DNA of 64,000 bases from Macrostomum lignano (lineage: Eukaryota): assembly GCA_002269645.1 (NCBI GenBank), contig NIVC01000650.1, positions 62,001 to 126,000 on the forward strand. The letters run 5' to 3'. The notes below the pieces were generated by a model, which saw only the letters and a program-made list of their open reading frames with translations, made no database searches and was not told where the DNA came from. The translations under genes and the position numbers were made by a program. Of this stretch, positions 20,956-35,406 are shown one piece after another (position 1 is the first letter of the stretch; each line of letters opens with the position of its first letter).

Positions 20956-21403
20956 GTACATAGTAGAAAATGCTGAGGTAAATTGTTTGATATCTAATTC
21001 CGTCTGGCCTAATGATTGCTTTTCAGTGTCTGAGCAGCAACCGCAGAAGCAGTCATTTACTCGCAGCCTCTGTATGGAGTGCGGTGACAGATTTACCTGT
21101 GTGGAACTGTTGATGATGCACCACCTTCAACAGCACAGCAGGCGAGTGCCATCAAGCGCCTGCATCTGTCCGCACTGCTATCTGGTGCTGCCAACTCCGG
21201 ATAGAATCCTGAAGCACATTGCCGCTCTGCATTTGAGATTTACCGACTCGGTGGGAAATTCTCCCATCGCTAATGGTGCTAACCGGCTGGCTGATAAGGG
21301 AGCTGACAGCGGAGCTGAATATTTCTGCGGAATCTGCAGGAAATTCTTCCGTCACAAGACCTCTTTGACGCGGCATAACCGCAATTTTCATAGCGGAGCT
21401 TAA
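20956..21403 (+). CDS. Terminal exon encoding three C2H2 zinc fingers; probably the last exon of the JmjC gene
   Basis: CMECGDRFTCVELLMMHHLQQH, CPHCYLVLPTPDRILKHIAALH and CGICRKFFRHKTSLTRHNRNFH. Acceptor candidates are ccctgcacag| (20955) and tag|tag| (20963/20966). The stop is at 21403. Confidence 0.7.
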
Positions 21404-21527
21404 CGCTTGCCAGGTCGTCTACGGAAGAAGTCTCTCTTGTGTTTTTCTGCTTCAACTCACTGGTTTTTGTAGCCTCTTGAGAAAGTAAAAATTTTGTGAA
21501 AAAATGAACTTAATCTGGGAGTAGGTT

Positions 21528-22142
21528 ACCAAGTTTGGGCTTGGTGAATTTTGGGATTTGTGAAGTCTGGGATTTGAGAAGTTTGGGCTTGGTGAAGTTT
21601 GGGCTTTGTGAAGTTTGAGCTTGGTGAAGTTTGGGCTTAATGAAGTTTGGAATTTGTGAAGTTTGGGCTTTGTGAAGTTTGGGCTTTGTGAAGTTTGGGC
21701 TTTGTGAAGTTTGAGCTTTGTGAAGTTTGGGATTTGTGAAGTTTGGGCTTTGTGAAGTTTGAGCTTTGTGAAGTTTGGGCTTTGTGAAGTTTGGGCTTTG
21801 TGAAGTTTGAGCTTTGTGAAGTTTGGGCTTTGTGAAGTTTGGGATTTGTGAAGTTTGGGATTTGTGAAGTTTGGGCTTTGTGAAGTTTAAACTTTGTGAA
21901 GTTTGGGCTTTGTGAAGTTTGGGCTTTGTGAAGTTTGGGCTTTGTGAAGTTTGAGCTTTGTGAAGTCTGGGCTTTGTAATTTTAAGCTTTGTGAAGTTTG
22001 AGCTTTGTGAAGTTTGAACTTTGTGAAGTTTGGGCTTTGTGAAGTTTGGGCTTTGTGAAGTCTGGGCTTTGTAATTTTAAGCTTGGTGAATTTTGGGCTT
22101 TGTGAAGTTTGAGCTTTAATATTTCAGCTTTGTGAAGTTTGG
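21528..22142 (+). repeat. 16-bp minisatellite (gtgaagtttgggcttt)
   Basis: Tandem units read directly. Confidence 0.95.
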
Positions 22143-22544
22143 GGCATCCTGGGCATGCTAAGCTGGTGAGCTAGATATCCAAAAAAGCGTTTCTTCTGAT
22201 TTTTTAGAGATTTAGCCCAGCTTTATTTACGTTGGACTGAAGTATAGTTATTTCGCGTTTTTTAGTGTTGTTTTTTGTTTGCCTATAAAAATCTTGCTGC
22301 TCCTTTCATTCAAACTGCTATGACAGCTATTGCCATCCTTTTGTTTGTGTCATCTTTCGGTTTCTTAGTCTGTTTTTACAGCATGTTTTGGCATGTGATT
22401 GATGATTTTGCGTTTATTGCCATTGCGTCCGCTCAATATCGTAGTCTGGTAATCAGACTGCACTTTCATACTTTTGTTGATGCAGTGTTAATCAAATCAA
22501 TTCTGTTCAAACTCATCTATACCACAAGAGTGTTGGTAGATCTA

Positions 22545-22986
22545 ATCTAATCAACCTCATTTATACCTGAGAGTTGATAGATCTAAGCAAACATCTATAC
22601 TGAGAATTGATAGATCTAATCAAACCCATCTATACTGAGAGTTGATAGATCTAATCAAACCCATCTATACTGAGAGTTGATAGATCTAAGCAAACCCATC
22701 TATACTGAGAATTGATAGATCTAATCAAACCCATCTATACCTGAGAGTTGATAGATCTAATCAAACCCATCTATACCTGAGAGTTGATAGATCTAATCAA
22801 ACCCATCTATACCTGAGAGTTGATAGATCTAATCAAACCCATCTATACCTGAGAGTTGATAGATCTAATCAAACCCATCTATACCTGAGAGTTGATAGAT
22901 CTAATCAAACCCATCTATACCTGAGAGTTGATAGATCTAATCAAACCCATCTATACCTGAGAGTTGATAGATCTAATCAAACCCAT
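22545..22986 (+). repeat. 35-36-bp minisatellite (gagagttgatagatctaatcaaacccatctatacct)
   Basis: Tandem units read directly. Confidence 0.95.
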
Positions 22987-24255
22987 CGAAAGTTTTTCTA
23001 CACCCGTATTTATTTCGAATTAATTATGCTAACAGCTTTGAATCTGCATGGCTAATGCAAATTGTCTGGGTGCCAACAATTGCAATTACCTGCATTACCA
23101 ATACTTAAAATTGTTTTGCTCTGAACAGCTTATTCATTAATCAAGTTTCATTATACTACTATCATTTCTCTTAGTAACAATCAAAGCGTTTTGTTTTTTA
23201 ATCTGTCTCATGTATTTATTACAATTTATTTGTTTAGAACGAATGTGCATTTGAGTGTTTCGTTTGAAACAGCTATTTAGCTTTACTTGTAAAGTACTTG
23301 ACAAAGCTGCTAATTTAGCTGATAGAATTATTATAAAGCAGTTTTGTTAGTGTTTTTCCTCAGTTTTTAACATCATTTTTCTAGCTAATAATTTCTGCTA
23401 ATAAATAAATCAGAATAAAAATGCATTTTATTTAGCCAAATTAATTTGACTGCCAAACTCTTTGTATCTGTTTCCGTTGTCTTTCAGGCTTTTGTTACCT
23501 ATTATTTTATTATAAACTTGCTGTTTTTCAGTTTGCTAGCTAGTAGTATGTTAAGATTGTAAAGCTACAAATTTAGTTATCTTCTGGAGGATGAAAGAAT
23601 AAATAATCTGGCTGGCAGACAATCAGATAAGATAATAGGCGAGTCTGTAACTTAGTCATAAATTTTTAATTAGTCCAATAAAATCATTAGCACAGTATGC
23701 CTGCTTTTATTATCTGAAATAATCTGCCTCTGGATTCGCTGAATTAAATAGATCGGCCTCCAAATTTTGTAGTTTCCTGTCCCTAGTTATTGAGAGTCCT
23801 TGGCATGGCCATAGACTATTCATTTTTACTATTATCTGAGCGAGTAGATTAACAGTTAGGTTCTGTGGTTAAGTTTAAATGTAGATCATGAATGAAAAAT
23901 TAAATAACAAATATTCGCCAGAGGGTTGTGAGCACCCTGGCTCATCCCTATCCCTATCTTCAATTGTGACTTGAGAATGTCGCAAGCAGCCTATTCAGCT
24001 ATATATACGTACTAGATATACTAACCACGGTCAACTCTGCTTAACTTGTACTGGTGGTAGAAATTTTACAGTCCAATACAAGTTCAACACAAAAGTTAGC
24101 ATTGGTATTTACAAAAAATGAAAAGTAAATAAAACGAATACAATTACACAGTGTATTTGGTTTTCTTTAGCTAGATGATGCACTGCACTCTTATTTGTGC
24201 ATCATGCTGCGGTGCACAACAAGTCAGCCACATTGAGTCTAAGTCCGCGCTGCTG

Positions 24256-24554
24256 CTATTGGTTGATAATAGACCGGACAAAGTCCTCGTACCGGATCTG
24301 GCCCTCCCCGTCGCAGTCGGCCTCTTTAATCAACGCGTCGACCTCTTCGTCTGTGAGTCGCTCTCCGAGTTGAGTTAGCTGGTTGCGCAGCTCGGAGGCC
24401 GACACCATGCCGCTGTTCTGCTTGTCGAACACGCGGAACGCCTCGATGATGGCCTCTTCAGTGTCGCGGGCTTCATCTTCTCGGCCATGAGCGTCATGAA
24501 TGTGTTGAGCTCGAGTACACCAGTCAGCTCGGAGTCGATCTCTTCAATGTACTC
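24256..24554 (-). pseudogene. Divergent calmodulin-like exon (equivalent to CaM residues 51-149) with a 1-nt deletion at 24468-24470; pseudo-exon or alternative terminal exon
   Basis: It translates [28 protein letters not shown][fs][70 protein letters not shown]. It starts after aaag| at the same phase-0 position as calmodulin exon 2. It is not in the ORF track. Confidence 0.75.
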
Positions 24555-24737
24555 CTTTTGTTTGGTTTATTGAATGGCAAAGTAGTGTGTTATTGGCATG
24601 AATTTTATTGTCGATACACCTAATACTGTAGGCTTAATTGTGCACACCCCTTCTCTTCCATGCTACTTATAGTAATGCAACCAGTACAGGAGCGTACATC
24701 AAAGCTGCATGTATTGAAATACTGGTAGCATTGTACC

Positions 24738-24990
24738 CAGGATCGGCAAACTATAGGTCATTTCATCTATTGGGCCCTCGGGTCCTTTTGACACAATGGA
24801 TATGAAGATCTATTCTCTCCCCTCTTCTCTATTCCCTCATCCCTATCTTCTCATCTCCTCTCTCTCTCATTCCATCCACACCTCATCTCATCTTCTCTCC
24901 TCTCCCAGTATTCCTTCTCGTTTGCGCTCTTATCTGCCCCCCCCCCCAGCCACGAGCTACGAGCATAGATTCTTAATCTGCCGACCCCTG
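24738..24990. mobile_element. Short hAT-like non-autonomous element with a CT-rich interior
   Basis: Ends caggatcggcaaact and atctgccgacccctg are imperfect TIRs of the CAGGGGTCGGCAAACT type also seen at 28313. No TSD found. Confidence 0.55.
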
Positions 24991-25340
24991 TATCATTAGA
25001 AACTACGTTGTATAAATTAATATACATTTAATACATCAGGAATGTGTATATGAAATCAGCGTTGAACTTAATATGCCTGAATTTAGATAAAACGCAATTC
25101 AGTCAATTTTGGCTATTTTATGTTTATTGGAACAATCGATATATTATAATTATTAAAGATATTAGTAGATAAAAATTAGAAGCGGGTCAAGGCTGCCAAA
25201 ACGCAATTTATTGATTAGGAAAACAGGATTATCTGGTACAGCAAACAGAATTTAAAGATTTTATATATAGCACAAAAATGTCAAGTCTTTTAGTTCATTT
25301 TCGGGCGCGATGATATGGCGGACGACACGATAGATCGAGT

Positions 25341-26027
<687 letters not shown>

Positions 26028-26108
26028 TTACTGGGGGCGTAAGGCTGTGTGTTTGCAGTTTTGTTTGCGAGAGGCGGTGGTCACACAGACTGCATCGGGT
26101 CGAGCAGC

Positions 26109-26115
26109 TTTTATA
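26109..26115 (-). promoter_or_regulatory. Candidate TATA box (TATAAAA) of calmodulin
   Basis: Consensus TATAAAA on the minus strand about 95 nt upstream of the ATG, in an otherwise GC-rich context. Confidence 0.45.
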
Positions 26116-27114
26116 AAAAGCCTGCGCTTATAGTCTGTCTGCTCCGCTGTCTGCAAGAGCTCGTCTCTCGGCAAAAGCAGCACCGAGGCCCGCAACCCCC
26201 TCCCTCCCTCCGCCCACAGTCTTGACACCGAGTGAGTCCGAGAGGCGATTCAACAGTTTGCAATAAAACAGACACAAAACCTGCAGCTGCCATCCAAGCC
26301 CCCCTTTGCTTGCCTTGGCACCTCCCCCCCCCGAGCAAATGCGGGGGTGGGCCAATTACCGTCTCCAAGGCTCCAACTGACAGGGCAGTAAGGGCAAGAT
26401 GCTAAACATTAGTCTGAGTGAGTAAGCTCACCTCACCCAACCTCACGTTCGAAAAGTTGGTGGCCAAGGTAACAAACTTTTCAAGCCGCTGATTGGCCAT
26501 GGAGCGCCTCGCAATAAAACCAGCAAAATGTTCATTAATCAGTCCAACCCCAGGCCAGGGAGGGGCAAGACACAATTGCTTGTCAGTAGGTGCGGCTGCT
26601 TCATCTTATATAATAAACAACATTAATGACTCAACGAGACAGAAAACCAGTGCTGTTGTTTCATTTTCAAAATATTTGTCAACAGTTGCAGACTCGCAAC
26701 TGCAAGAATGGCAATTATAAAAATTATATTGGATATATTATGGACTGGGAATGTACGGAATGTGGCAAAGCCTAATTTATATCTGTCTTATTATTGATGA
26801 CTTGACTTTCAATTTTAAACATACGGCGATAATTTTACCAGCAAAGCAGAGAGTGGAGTCAAGAGGAAAGGCCTCACAGAAGCGACAGAGGAAATGAATA
26901 ACAAAATCTACAGATAGCATTGGAAATAAATATTAATAACTCATAATTAAGGCAATTATTATCAAGTTGAGGCAAGTTTCACATTGAGCAAAAAAACAAA
27001 ACAATTCGAAATTTTAACAGTCTGAGATTCAAGGCGTTCCTCCAACTTTAAGGCAGAAAACACAACTTATTGGCTAAATAAAACTGAGGAAAAACAAGCC
27101 CGGTTTATTTACAG

Positions 27115-27720
27115 CAGGGGGCGGAAAACTTTTTTTTTAAATCATAAGCCAGATATAGATTCTAGCGCATGACTGCGGCTCAGAGAGAAGAGAAGACAGA
27201 AGAGAGATGAGGGGAGAGGGGAGAGGAAAGGAGATGAGAAGAGATGAGATGAGAGAGGAGAGAATGGAGATGAGAGATGAGGGGAGAGGGGAGAGATAAG
27301 AAGAAATGAGGGGAGAGAGGGGAGATAAGAGGAGCGGAGAGAGAGGGGAGACGAAAGGAGATGAGGGAAGAGATGGGAGATGAGAAGAGAGGGGAGAGAG
27401 GGGAGATGAGAGGAGAGAGGGGAGATGAGAGGAGCGGAGAGAGAGGGGAGACGGGAAGAGATGAGAGAAGAGATGGGAGATGAGAAGAGAGGGGAGAGAG
27501 GGGAGATGAGGGGAGAGAGGGGAGATGAGAGGAGCGGAGAGAGGGGAGACGGGAAGAGATGAGGGGAGAGATGGGAGATGAGAGGAGCGGAGAGAGAGGG
27601 GAGACAAGAAGAGATGAGGGGAGAGAGGGGAGATGAGAGGAGAAGGGAGACGAGAGGAAATGAGGGGAGAGATGGGAGATGGGAGGAGATGGGAGAGGCG
27701 AGAGGGGAGAGAGGAGATGA
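27115..27720 (-). mobile_element. Partial hAT-like element with a GA-rich VNTR interior; inverted relative to the 28313-29125 copy
   Basis: cagggggcggaaaacttttttttt...ctagcgcatgactgc matches the reverse complement of 29065-29125. Confidence 0.6.
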
Positions 27721-28312
27721 ATATAACAGAATAATTGAACGTTGGAGTGAACCAGAGGATGCAAGCAGAGGGCGGCATTATTATACAGCTGAGCAACTTA
27801 GACAAAAGTGTAAATACGAAACAGTGGAGAAATTCGATTTAAACAGGACTGGCTGGATGGCAAACGAAGGCATTTCTTTCTGTTAGAAATATTGAAGAAA
27901 AAGCAACAAAAATCTAATTTATTAATAATATCGAAAATCTTTAGTCCAAGCTATTATAAAACATCGTTGCGGAAATGAAAAAAGATGACTACATGTAATA
28001 AATAAGTAAAAATTCATCAGGTCGATGAAAGTAGCAAGATGCAGATATTATGAAAAATTTAATGCTTATCAGTTTGCGCTGTTAAACTGGACTGACAAAC
28101 TATAAGGCGTAGATGGTTGGCTAATTTGTTAATTTGTTAGATCCTAACTATTGGCAGTAGTATAATATATATTGGTGCAAAGCCAAACAACAAAATACTG
28201 ATAAGAAAGCCATGATAGTACAGGCAAGGTAGCAGCTAATTTACTAACCTACTAATATTAAAGTTTCTATTTTGATGCGTATAAATATTTTAACTTTTCT
28301 GAACTCTGCTAG

Positions 28313-29125
28313 CAGGGGTCGGCAAACTCCGGCCCTTGGATCTTTCTGAAACTTTACAATAGCAATTCGGTCTGCTGAAGGCCGGGTCTCTTCTCAGCTG
28401 TCTACTCTCTACTCTCCTTTTCTCTCCCCTCTCTTCTCTCTCCTATCCTCTCGTCTCTTCCCTCTCCTATCCTCTCGTCTCTTCTCTCTCCTATCCTCTC
28501 GTCTCTTCTCTCTCCTATCCTCTCGTCTCTTCTCTCTCCTATCCTCTCGTCTCTTCTCTCTCCTATCCTCTCGACTCTTCCCTCTCCTATCCTCTCGTCT
28601 CTTCTCTCTCCTATCCTCTTGTCTCTTCTCTCTCCTATCCTCTCGTCTCTTCTCTCTCCTATCCTCTCGTCTCTTCTCTCTCCTATCCTCTCGTCTCTTC
28701 TCTCTCCTATCCTCTCGTCTCTTCCCTCTCCTATCCTCTCGTCTCTTCTCTCTCCTATCTTCTCGTCTCTTCTCTCTCCTATCCTCTCGTCTCTTCTCTC
28801 TCCTATCCTCTCGTCTCTTCCCTCTCCTATCCTCTCGTCTCTTCTCTCTCCCCTTCCCCCTCCTATCCTCTCGACTCTTCCCTCTCCTATCCTCTCTTCT
28901 CTCTTCTTCTCTCTCGTCTATCTCCTCTCTTCTCTAGTCTCTTCTCTCCTCTCCTCTCTCGACTCTCCGCTCTCCTCTTCTCACCTCTCTTTCTCTGTCT
29001 TCCCTCCTCTCTCATCCAATATCCTCTCCTTTATTACTTCGCCTCTCCTCTCCCCCTTTGGCCCGCAGTCATGCGCTAGTTTCTCCATCTAGCCCTTGAG
29101 GTAAAAAAAGTTTGCCGACCCGCTG
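28313..29125 (+). mobile_element. hAT-like non-autonomous element carrying a 24-bp CT-rich array (ctctcctatcctctcgtctcttct)
   Basis: TIRs caggggtcggcaaact and agtttgccgacccgctg; TSD not clearly preserved. Confidence 0.7.
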
Positions 29126-30026
29126 GGTTAGAAAGCACACCAAATTCCCCATATAAAGCTATAGCCAATGCTCAGTCAGTTAGGCTAATAAATGATGATA
29201 GCGCGACCGAAACTATAAACTTTACAAACTAGAACTTAGAAGGCTCCGCTCTCAGTCAGCCGGTGTGTCGGGGTGGGGGTGGGCGGTGCAGTCTCTGTGC
29301 ATGACAGTTTGGCCGCTTGCAGACTTAAACTTCGAGCTCAAACTTGTTCTAAAAATTTATGCATCAAACCAACTCTAAAGAAAAGCTTTCTATCACTACC
29401 TCGGGGGGGGGGGGTCTTTTATGCTTTCAGTTACCTGCTGCTTTTGCAACAACCTAACCTACTCAATGTGGAGGGAGGGGGGATAGGAAACTACTGAGAC
29501 TGGCCTAGCTAGTTTCCATTTTATGTCTCTACTAGGCAATAAGTTCGCTAACAATATTTCGAGTTAGGAATTTTCCACACCAGCGGCTAAAGTTGAAGAT
29601 AAATGTTAGCTAGAAAGCCAAGCCAGCTTCATACTTCAAAAGACAAAACAATGAAAAAAACTTACAAAAACTGATAAGAAAAGGACAAGTCAAGGCAAGG
29701 ACGTATTGATTCAAAATAATGGACACCAACAGTGTAAATCTATGTACAATAAACCGACGCACGATTCTGTCATGGCGTTAACGCTCAACTGTTAAAAAAC
29801 AAGAATAGCACTCGAGGAAAAACCAAAAAAAATAATAAAACAGACAAAAACAAAACACGAAATTAAGGCAGCTGTCGTTACAAGCACAAAAAACTATGTT
29901 AGCAAATAAAAATCTTAGTAAAAACTGTCTTTTACTGACGGACGGAGCAAAGTGAATAAAGCAAACAAACAAATAAAGGAAACAAGCTACTAAAAGGAAA
30001 ACAAAGGAGAAAGGAAAATTCCTATC

Positions 30027-31076
30027 TCAGATCAGGGTCAGCGGCACAGTCTGCCGGTGCTCGTCGCTCCCGGCGCTGCCGCCGCCGCCGCCGCCCCCGC
30101 CGTTCGCCACCACATCGTAATCGCCTGAGTAGGCGCTAGACGAGTGATTGGATGGCACAGGGATCTGCTCGGCCATGCCAGCAGATTGCTGCTGCTGCTG
30201 CAGAGACTGCAGGTAAATGGACGGGTCAGCAGCATAAGCAGCGGTCAATCCGCTGTACATTTGATGCTGCGGCTGCTGCTGCATGTCCAGAGTTGCCGAG
30301 GAGTCCAAGTTAGAAAAAGCAGACTGCTGGTCATAATGCTGCTGGTGATAGTGCTGTTGCTGCTGCTGTTGCTGCAACAGAAGAGCCGACTGCATGTGAT
30401 GCGGATCAACATAAGGAGAGTACAGATTCTGAGTCTGCTGCTGCTGCTGCTCAGGCGCTAGGAGCATTTGGTAGCCGCTAATCTGGTGATGCTGATGAGC
30501 GCTAGATAGCAGATTCAACTGTTGTTGCAGACTCTGCTGATGGTGCTGGCCTAGCAACTGCTGGTTGGCTGGGTACCCCGAGACGGCTGCATTGTTATTG
30601 TCTGGATAGGCGTGGTACAACTGCTGCTGCTGGTGCTGCACGCTCAGGTGATCTTCTGGCGTCATCGACTGCTGCTTTTGCTTCTGTTGCGTTTTGGATT
30701 TTTGCTGTGGTTTCTGCTGTTGGCCAGCGGGCGCTGCGGCTCCAGTAGAAGCTGCGCCTGCGGCGCGTTTCTTCGACTTCGGCTTGTACTTATAGCCGGG
30801 ATTCGCTCTCTTGTGCTCATCCTTGAGTCTGTTTGCCTCGTCAATGTAGCCTTTCTTCTCGTCATCCGGCATTGTTTTCCATTCTTCGCCCAGCTTCCTA
30901 CTGATCTCAGAATTGTGCATCTTGGGATTCTCTTTAGCGATGGCTTTCCGTCGCAGTTTGGCCCAAACCATAAACGGGTTCATTGGCCGCTTCACGTGGC
31001 CGGCTGGGGCTGGCGGTGGGTCGGCTGAGTCCGCTGGCAACAACTGGCCGGCTGAGTGGTCGGGAAGGCCTGTCAT
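30027..31076 (-). CDS. soxB1: SoxB1-type HMG-box transcription factor, intronless, 349 aa
   Basis: HMG box HVKRPMNPFMVW...ENPKMHNSEISRKLGEEWK...YKYKP. The C-terminal TVPLTLI resembles the SoxB1 GTVPLTHI/GTLPLSHM end. The middle is poly-Q. Confidence 0.92.
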   Translation of the reverse strand: MTGLPDHSAGQLLPADSADPPPAPAGHVKRPMNPFMVWAKLRRKAIAKENPKMHNSEISRKLGEEWKTMPDDEKKGYIDEANRLKDEHKRANPGYKYKPKSKKRAAGAASTGAAAPAGQQQKPQQKSKTQQKQKQQSMTPEDHLSVQHQQQQLYHAYPDNNNAAVSGYPANQQLLGQHHQQSLQQQLNLLSSAHQHHQISGYQMLLAPEQQQQQTQNLYSPYVDPHHMQSALLLQQQQQQQHYHQQHYDQQSAFSNLDSSATLDMQQQPQHQMYSGLTAAYAADPSIYLQSLQQQQQSAGMAEQIPVPSNHSSSAYSGDYDVVANGGGGGGGGSAGSDEHRQTVPLTLI

Positions 31077-34000
31077 GCGGGCATGCAGATAATTTCAGTT
31101 ATTTCTCTATGGTAAACATTGGCCTGTTTTCTGTCAAAAACCCAGTTTACCTCGGCTGATAAATTCAAAATCAGATAAAACACCAGCATCTCTACCTTAA
31201 CATTTACATTTTGGAGCCTCTCTGACCCACAGACTGCCAAAACAGTTAAATAAGCTGACACAAAAAGTATCTGATTCTAAGGGTTGCTATTTAAAATACT
31301 CAAATTTATTAATTTCAGTTGCTTCAATAGATGCAACTGCTGATTGGAAAAAAAGCCGCATAGATGATTATTGTTACTTATATCTATGGCCAAATCTACA
31401 ACAATCATTATGCTTGTAGAAGCCAGCAAACAATTTATTCTGATTTAGTTCAAGTGACATTTATAAGTTGATCAATAATCTACAATCATCTAGGAGATGT
31501 CTAATTGGCACCAATTTCAAAGCAGGGTTTAATAAATTAATATTTTTCTATATTTTACATTCTATTCAAAATATTAATGATTTTAAAACTAATGGGATAC
31601 TTAGAAATTAAAGACTATTCTATCTATTGTCAAAGATGAGTAATCTATCAACATCAATCTGCAGACTTCTAAAACTTCTTTGGGTTGCAGAGGCTCTTAG
31701 GTTTTTTAGTTAGAACCAAAGGATGTATGTACTCTAGCAAACTTCAAGTGACATTCTTACATAACTTGCCTATTCTACTAGTTCTCTTGGCCCTGAGCAG
31801 GCGCACATTCTGGTAAGTATATAATAGCCCCAACTTTATTTATTGTTAGGCATATACACTTTACTATGCATTGGAGGTTGGTTTCAAAGATTTTGATTAC
31901 ATAAACAGAGCTAAGATAAGATTCCAATTTAGCCTTAAACTATGACTACAATAGGAATATAGCCAATGGCATTAGCACATTTGAGTGATATAATAGACAA
32001 ATAAGCTAGAGGCTTAGCAATGAAAAAACAGTATATAAAGATAAAGATATTATATTTGATTTTTAAAATGTTGACCATTGCTAGCTAGCATCCTAGTTTA
32101 TAGTTTGGTGGCATCTTAAATTTGAATCTAGAATGTCAAATGGCATTATGATTCTGATGCTTAAAATCCAAGGTTTTTATAATTTTACAAAATAATAAGT
32201 TAATATTTTCTAATGAAAAAAGTTATTTTATATCAATCCTTTACAATACTTTACTATTTTTTGATAATAAAAACATTATTTCTATTATCTAAATCTTTAA
32301 ATCTAAAAGTTAAGTCACTATTGATGATACATAAAAGGATTATGCTACTACAATTTTCTTTGAAAAACATAAAAAAGAACCTTAAAACTCATCTAGCTTT
32401 TTCAATGAAATATTATTAATTGGCTACAAGTTATAGATAGGACATAAAAAGGCATCTACAAACAATATATACTTGTAGATAATGCACAGATAACATATAA
32501 GTAGCGGTAGCGCAAGAATGTCCCTCAAAATTTTGTTTTAAATACATGCCCAACCTTTTGATTTGCAACTTACCTTGGCCGATGGCCATTTTACCCATCT
32601 GGTTTGGACAGGTTGTTGTACTATGTTGTACTAATATACACTGTTCTACTTTCTTGACTGATGCCTAGAAACTATAATTTTCAAACAAGGATTTAATATA
32701 AAGATTTGCATTCCTATCTATTTTATCAATTGGGATAAATATTAAAACTTATTTATAAAATATATTATTTAATGATATAGCAGCTATTTAATAGCAGCAT
32801 TAAATAAAATTAAATGACTTGCTTGACTAACAATATAAATAATAAGAGGCTTTGAATAAATATTGTAATATAAATAAACACATGTTTTTAATAAATTTCT
32901 ATAGATTAATATTAATGAAAAATTCTAGTCTAGGCTTTAGTGTTCCTTGTCATTGACCTTAGCTTAGGCCTAGGCCTAATAGTCCTATAGCATATAACTT
33001 TGCTTGATAGTAACAATATAATGTTATCTTTCAATAGCTAAAAATAGCCATTTTAGTTTTTTAATTATATAATGAACAAAAAATAATAGCTTTAAACATA
33101 ATTGCAGTCCTTATTTCAGCCAATGGCCACTATTATTAGGAATAGCATCGAATATAGATTGGCCCTAGAAATGGCATAGTGCATAGCAGTAATGGCGTAT
33201 ATAGCAACAGCACAATACATAGCAATGGTAAAGGGCAAAGGCATAATAAAAGGGGCATAAATAGCAATCAAGACGCAGAAAAGGGTCTTAGTGTAGCAAA
33301 TTACCCCTTTTGGAATAAGTTAATAATTGCAGACAACTGTCTATTATGTGCTCAATATTTTTTTATATAGCATTATGATTGCAGATTTAAAAAAGGCAGG
33401 CAATGTTGTGTTATGTGGCAGAGTTAAAGTGCAGAGCAGTATTGCATATTGTAATGCATGTACAACATTACATTAGAAATGTAGTTGTCTTTTGAGATTT
33501 AGAGTATAAAATTTTAGAATGTTTACTTAATTTTTTTGGGTTTGTATTACTATCCATTATATGTTTTTTGCTATAATGATTTTTTTAATTTGTTAGTTTG
33601 TAAGGTTACAAAGAAAGAGAAAGGCAACTTACCCCAAAAAGGGGTCATTTATTGTCACAATTGCAAACCAAAAAGGTCATTTATTGTTGCAACCACCCAA
33701 TTATAGAAAATACATAGAGAATCATATGTAGGCCACTATTGCACTAGCATAGTCTAGTTTGAGAAAGAGGGCATCTAGTGCTATTCAGACCTTGGCTGCT
33801 ATAGATATTATAGTTTTGCATGTTAAATTATTTTTTTAATGGATAAACTTTTTAAGCAATAGAGTAAGCTTTATATAGAAACAAGTGTATTAGTTTTGTT
33901 AATCTAAAACTTTATAACAATTATAACATATAATAATATGATATAGAGTAGATGAAGTTCCCAAAAGTCTTGCTTAGGATAGATATTGCCAGAGATATTC

Positions 34001-35406
34001 CTATAGACATAGGCATCACTTAAACCATAAATCTGGCAAAAGGGCCTATCAACTTAAGCTCATAAAGTGGAGCCCCAGTAGGTGCAACCTATATACATAA
34101 ATGATATTGAAACACTTTATTTTTATGGGTTTCCCCATAAATGTTTCCTTCTGCCAACAGTTCAAGAAGACAATGAACAATTGACTTAATGATACTTTCT
34201 CTATGTGATCACTAGAGTCACATTCTCAAACTTAGGCAAGGATCTTTTCTCTTCAATAAATATATTTTATAAGCAACACACAGGAGGAATATGGAAGGAA
34301 AGTAGAATGGGAAGGCCCAATAGGAGCCATCAGCCAAAGGAGATTCAAGCATCACTCAAGGGTTGTATGGCTAGGCTTCTCACTTGTCAATCATCTAGGC
34401 TATTTTTAGGCATGCAGATCTTGAATATCTGGGGAGTTACTACTACAAGGCTAGATGCTTAATTCATAAATCACGGGTGTATCAGCTGATTTCTCCCATC
34501 CTTTTGTTAATAGTGCTTTCATTTCACTTCAATATATCATTCTAGGCCAAGGGTTGGCAACCTCTGGCCCACAGGCCAGATATAACCGGCAAAGACTTTC
34601 TATGCGGCCTACAAACTTCCTTTATCTTCAATATTATAATCTGGCCTGCACCTTTATTGTAAATTGTAACTGCATTGTTTTTTCTACAAAAGTTTTATGC
34701 ACTAAAAATGGGGAATTTCTTTCTTCAATTTCCTCAACCTTAATGACAAATTAGTAATAAGATACAAACTGAGTGTAAGTGACTTTTTACAAAGTCTAGA
34801 CTAGACAACATATCAGTTTAAACTTTTGAATAGAAAAGAAACAGGGGAACTGGCAGCAAAGAAAAGTGAAATAGTGATAGGCTAACAATGGGGGTACAAA
34901 TGTAGTAATGTACTAAATACCTAAGGGGTAGATTCTGGAAAGTAAAGACCCAATGGTAGATTCTGGAGGGTAAAGACCTAGAGGGAAAAAGGCAGATTCT
35001 AGAGGGTAAATACCCAGGGGGCAGATTATGGAGGGTAAAGACCCAGGGGGAGGGCAAATACTAGAGGTTAACCCCTACACTGTTGTTTGGGATTCTATTC
35101 ATCAGTGTGGCTTACACCTTACAGAATGGCTCTGCAGGCCATAGACTATTTCAGCTTTCAGCATATTTTTTGCACCCTCGTAGCCTGTGATAGCCAGCAG
35201 ATTAGCTTATACTCGTAGCAGTAAAGGATAAACATGAAAGCAAAAAACAAAGTGGAGTGGGGTAGATGGATAGGTGGGTGGTATAAATGACACAGTAAAA
35301 TTGTGGGATTCATCAAATCAAGAAAGCTTGAAGCTACATTATCAAAGTCAAGTGCCAATTAATTAATTAAATCATTAGCAGCTTTATTTAGTGCAATACT
35401 TTCTGA

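Noticed and set aside
22275-22550. Hydrophobic 91-aa ORF as a membrane protein
   Set aside because: T-rich 3' flank with a TTG start and no splice or homology support
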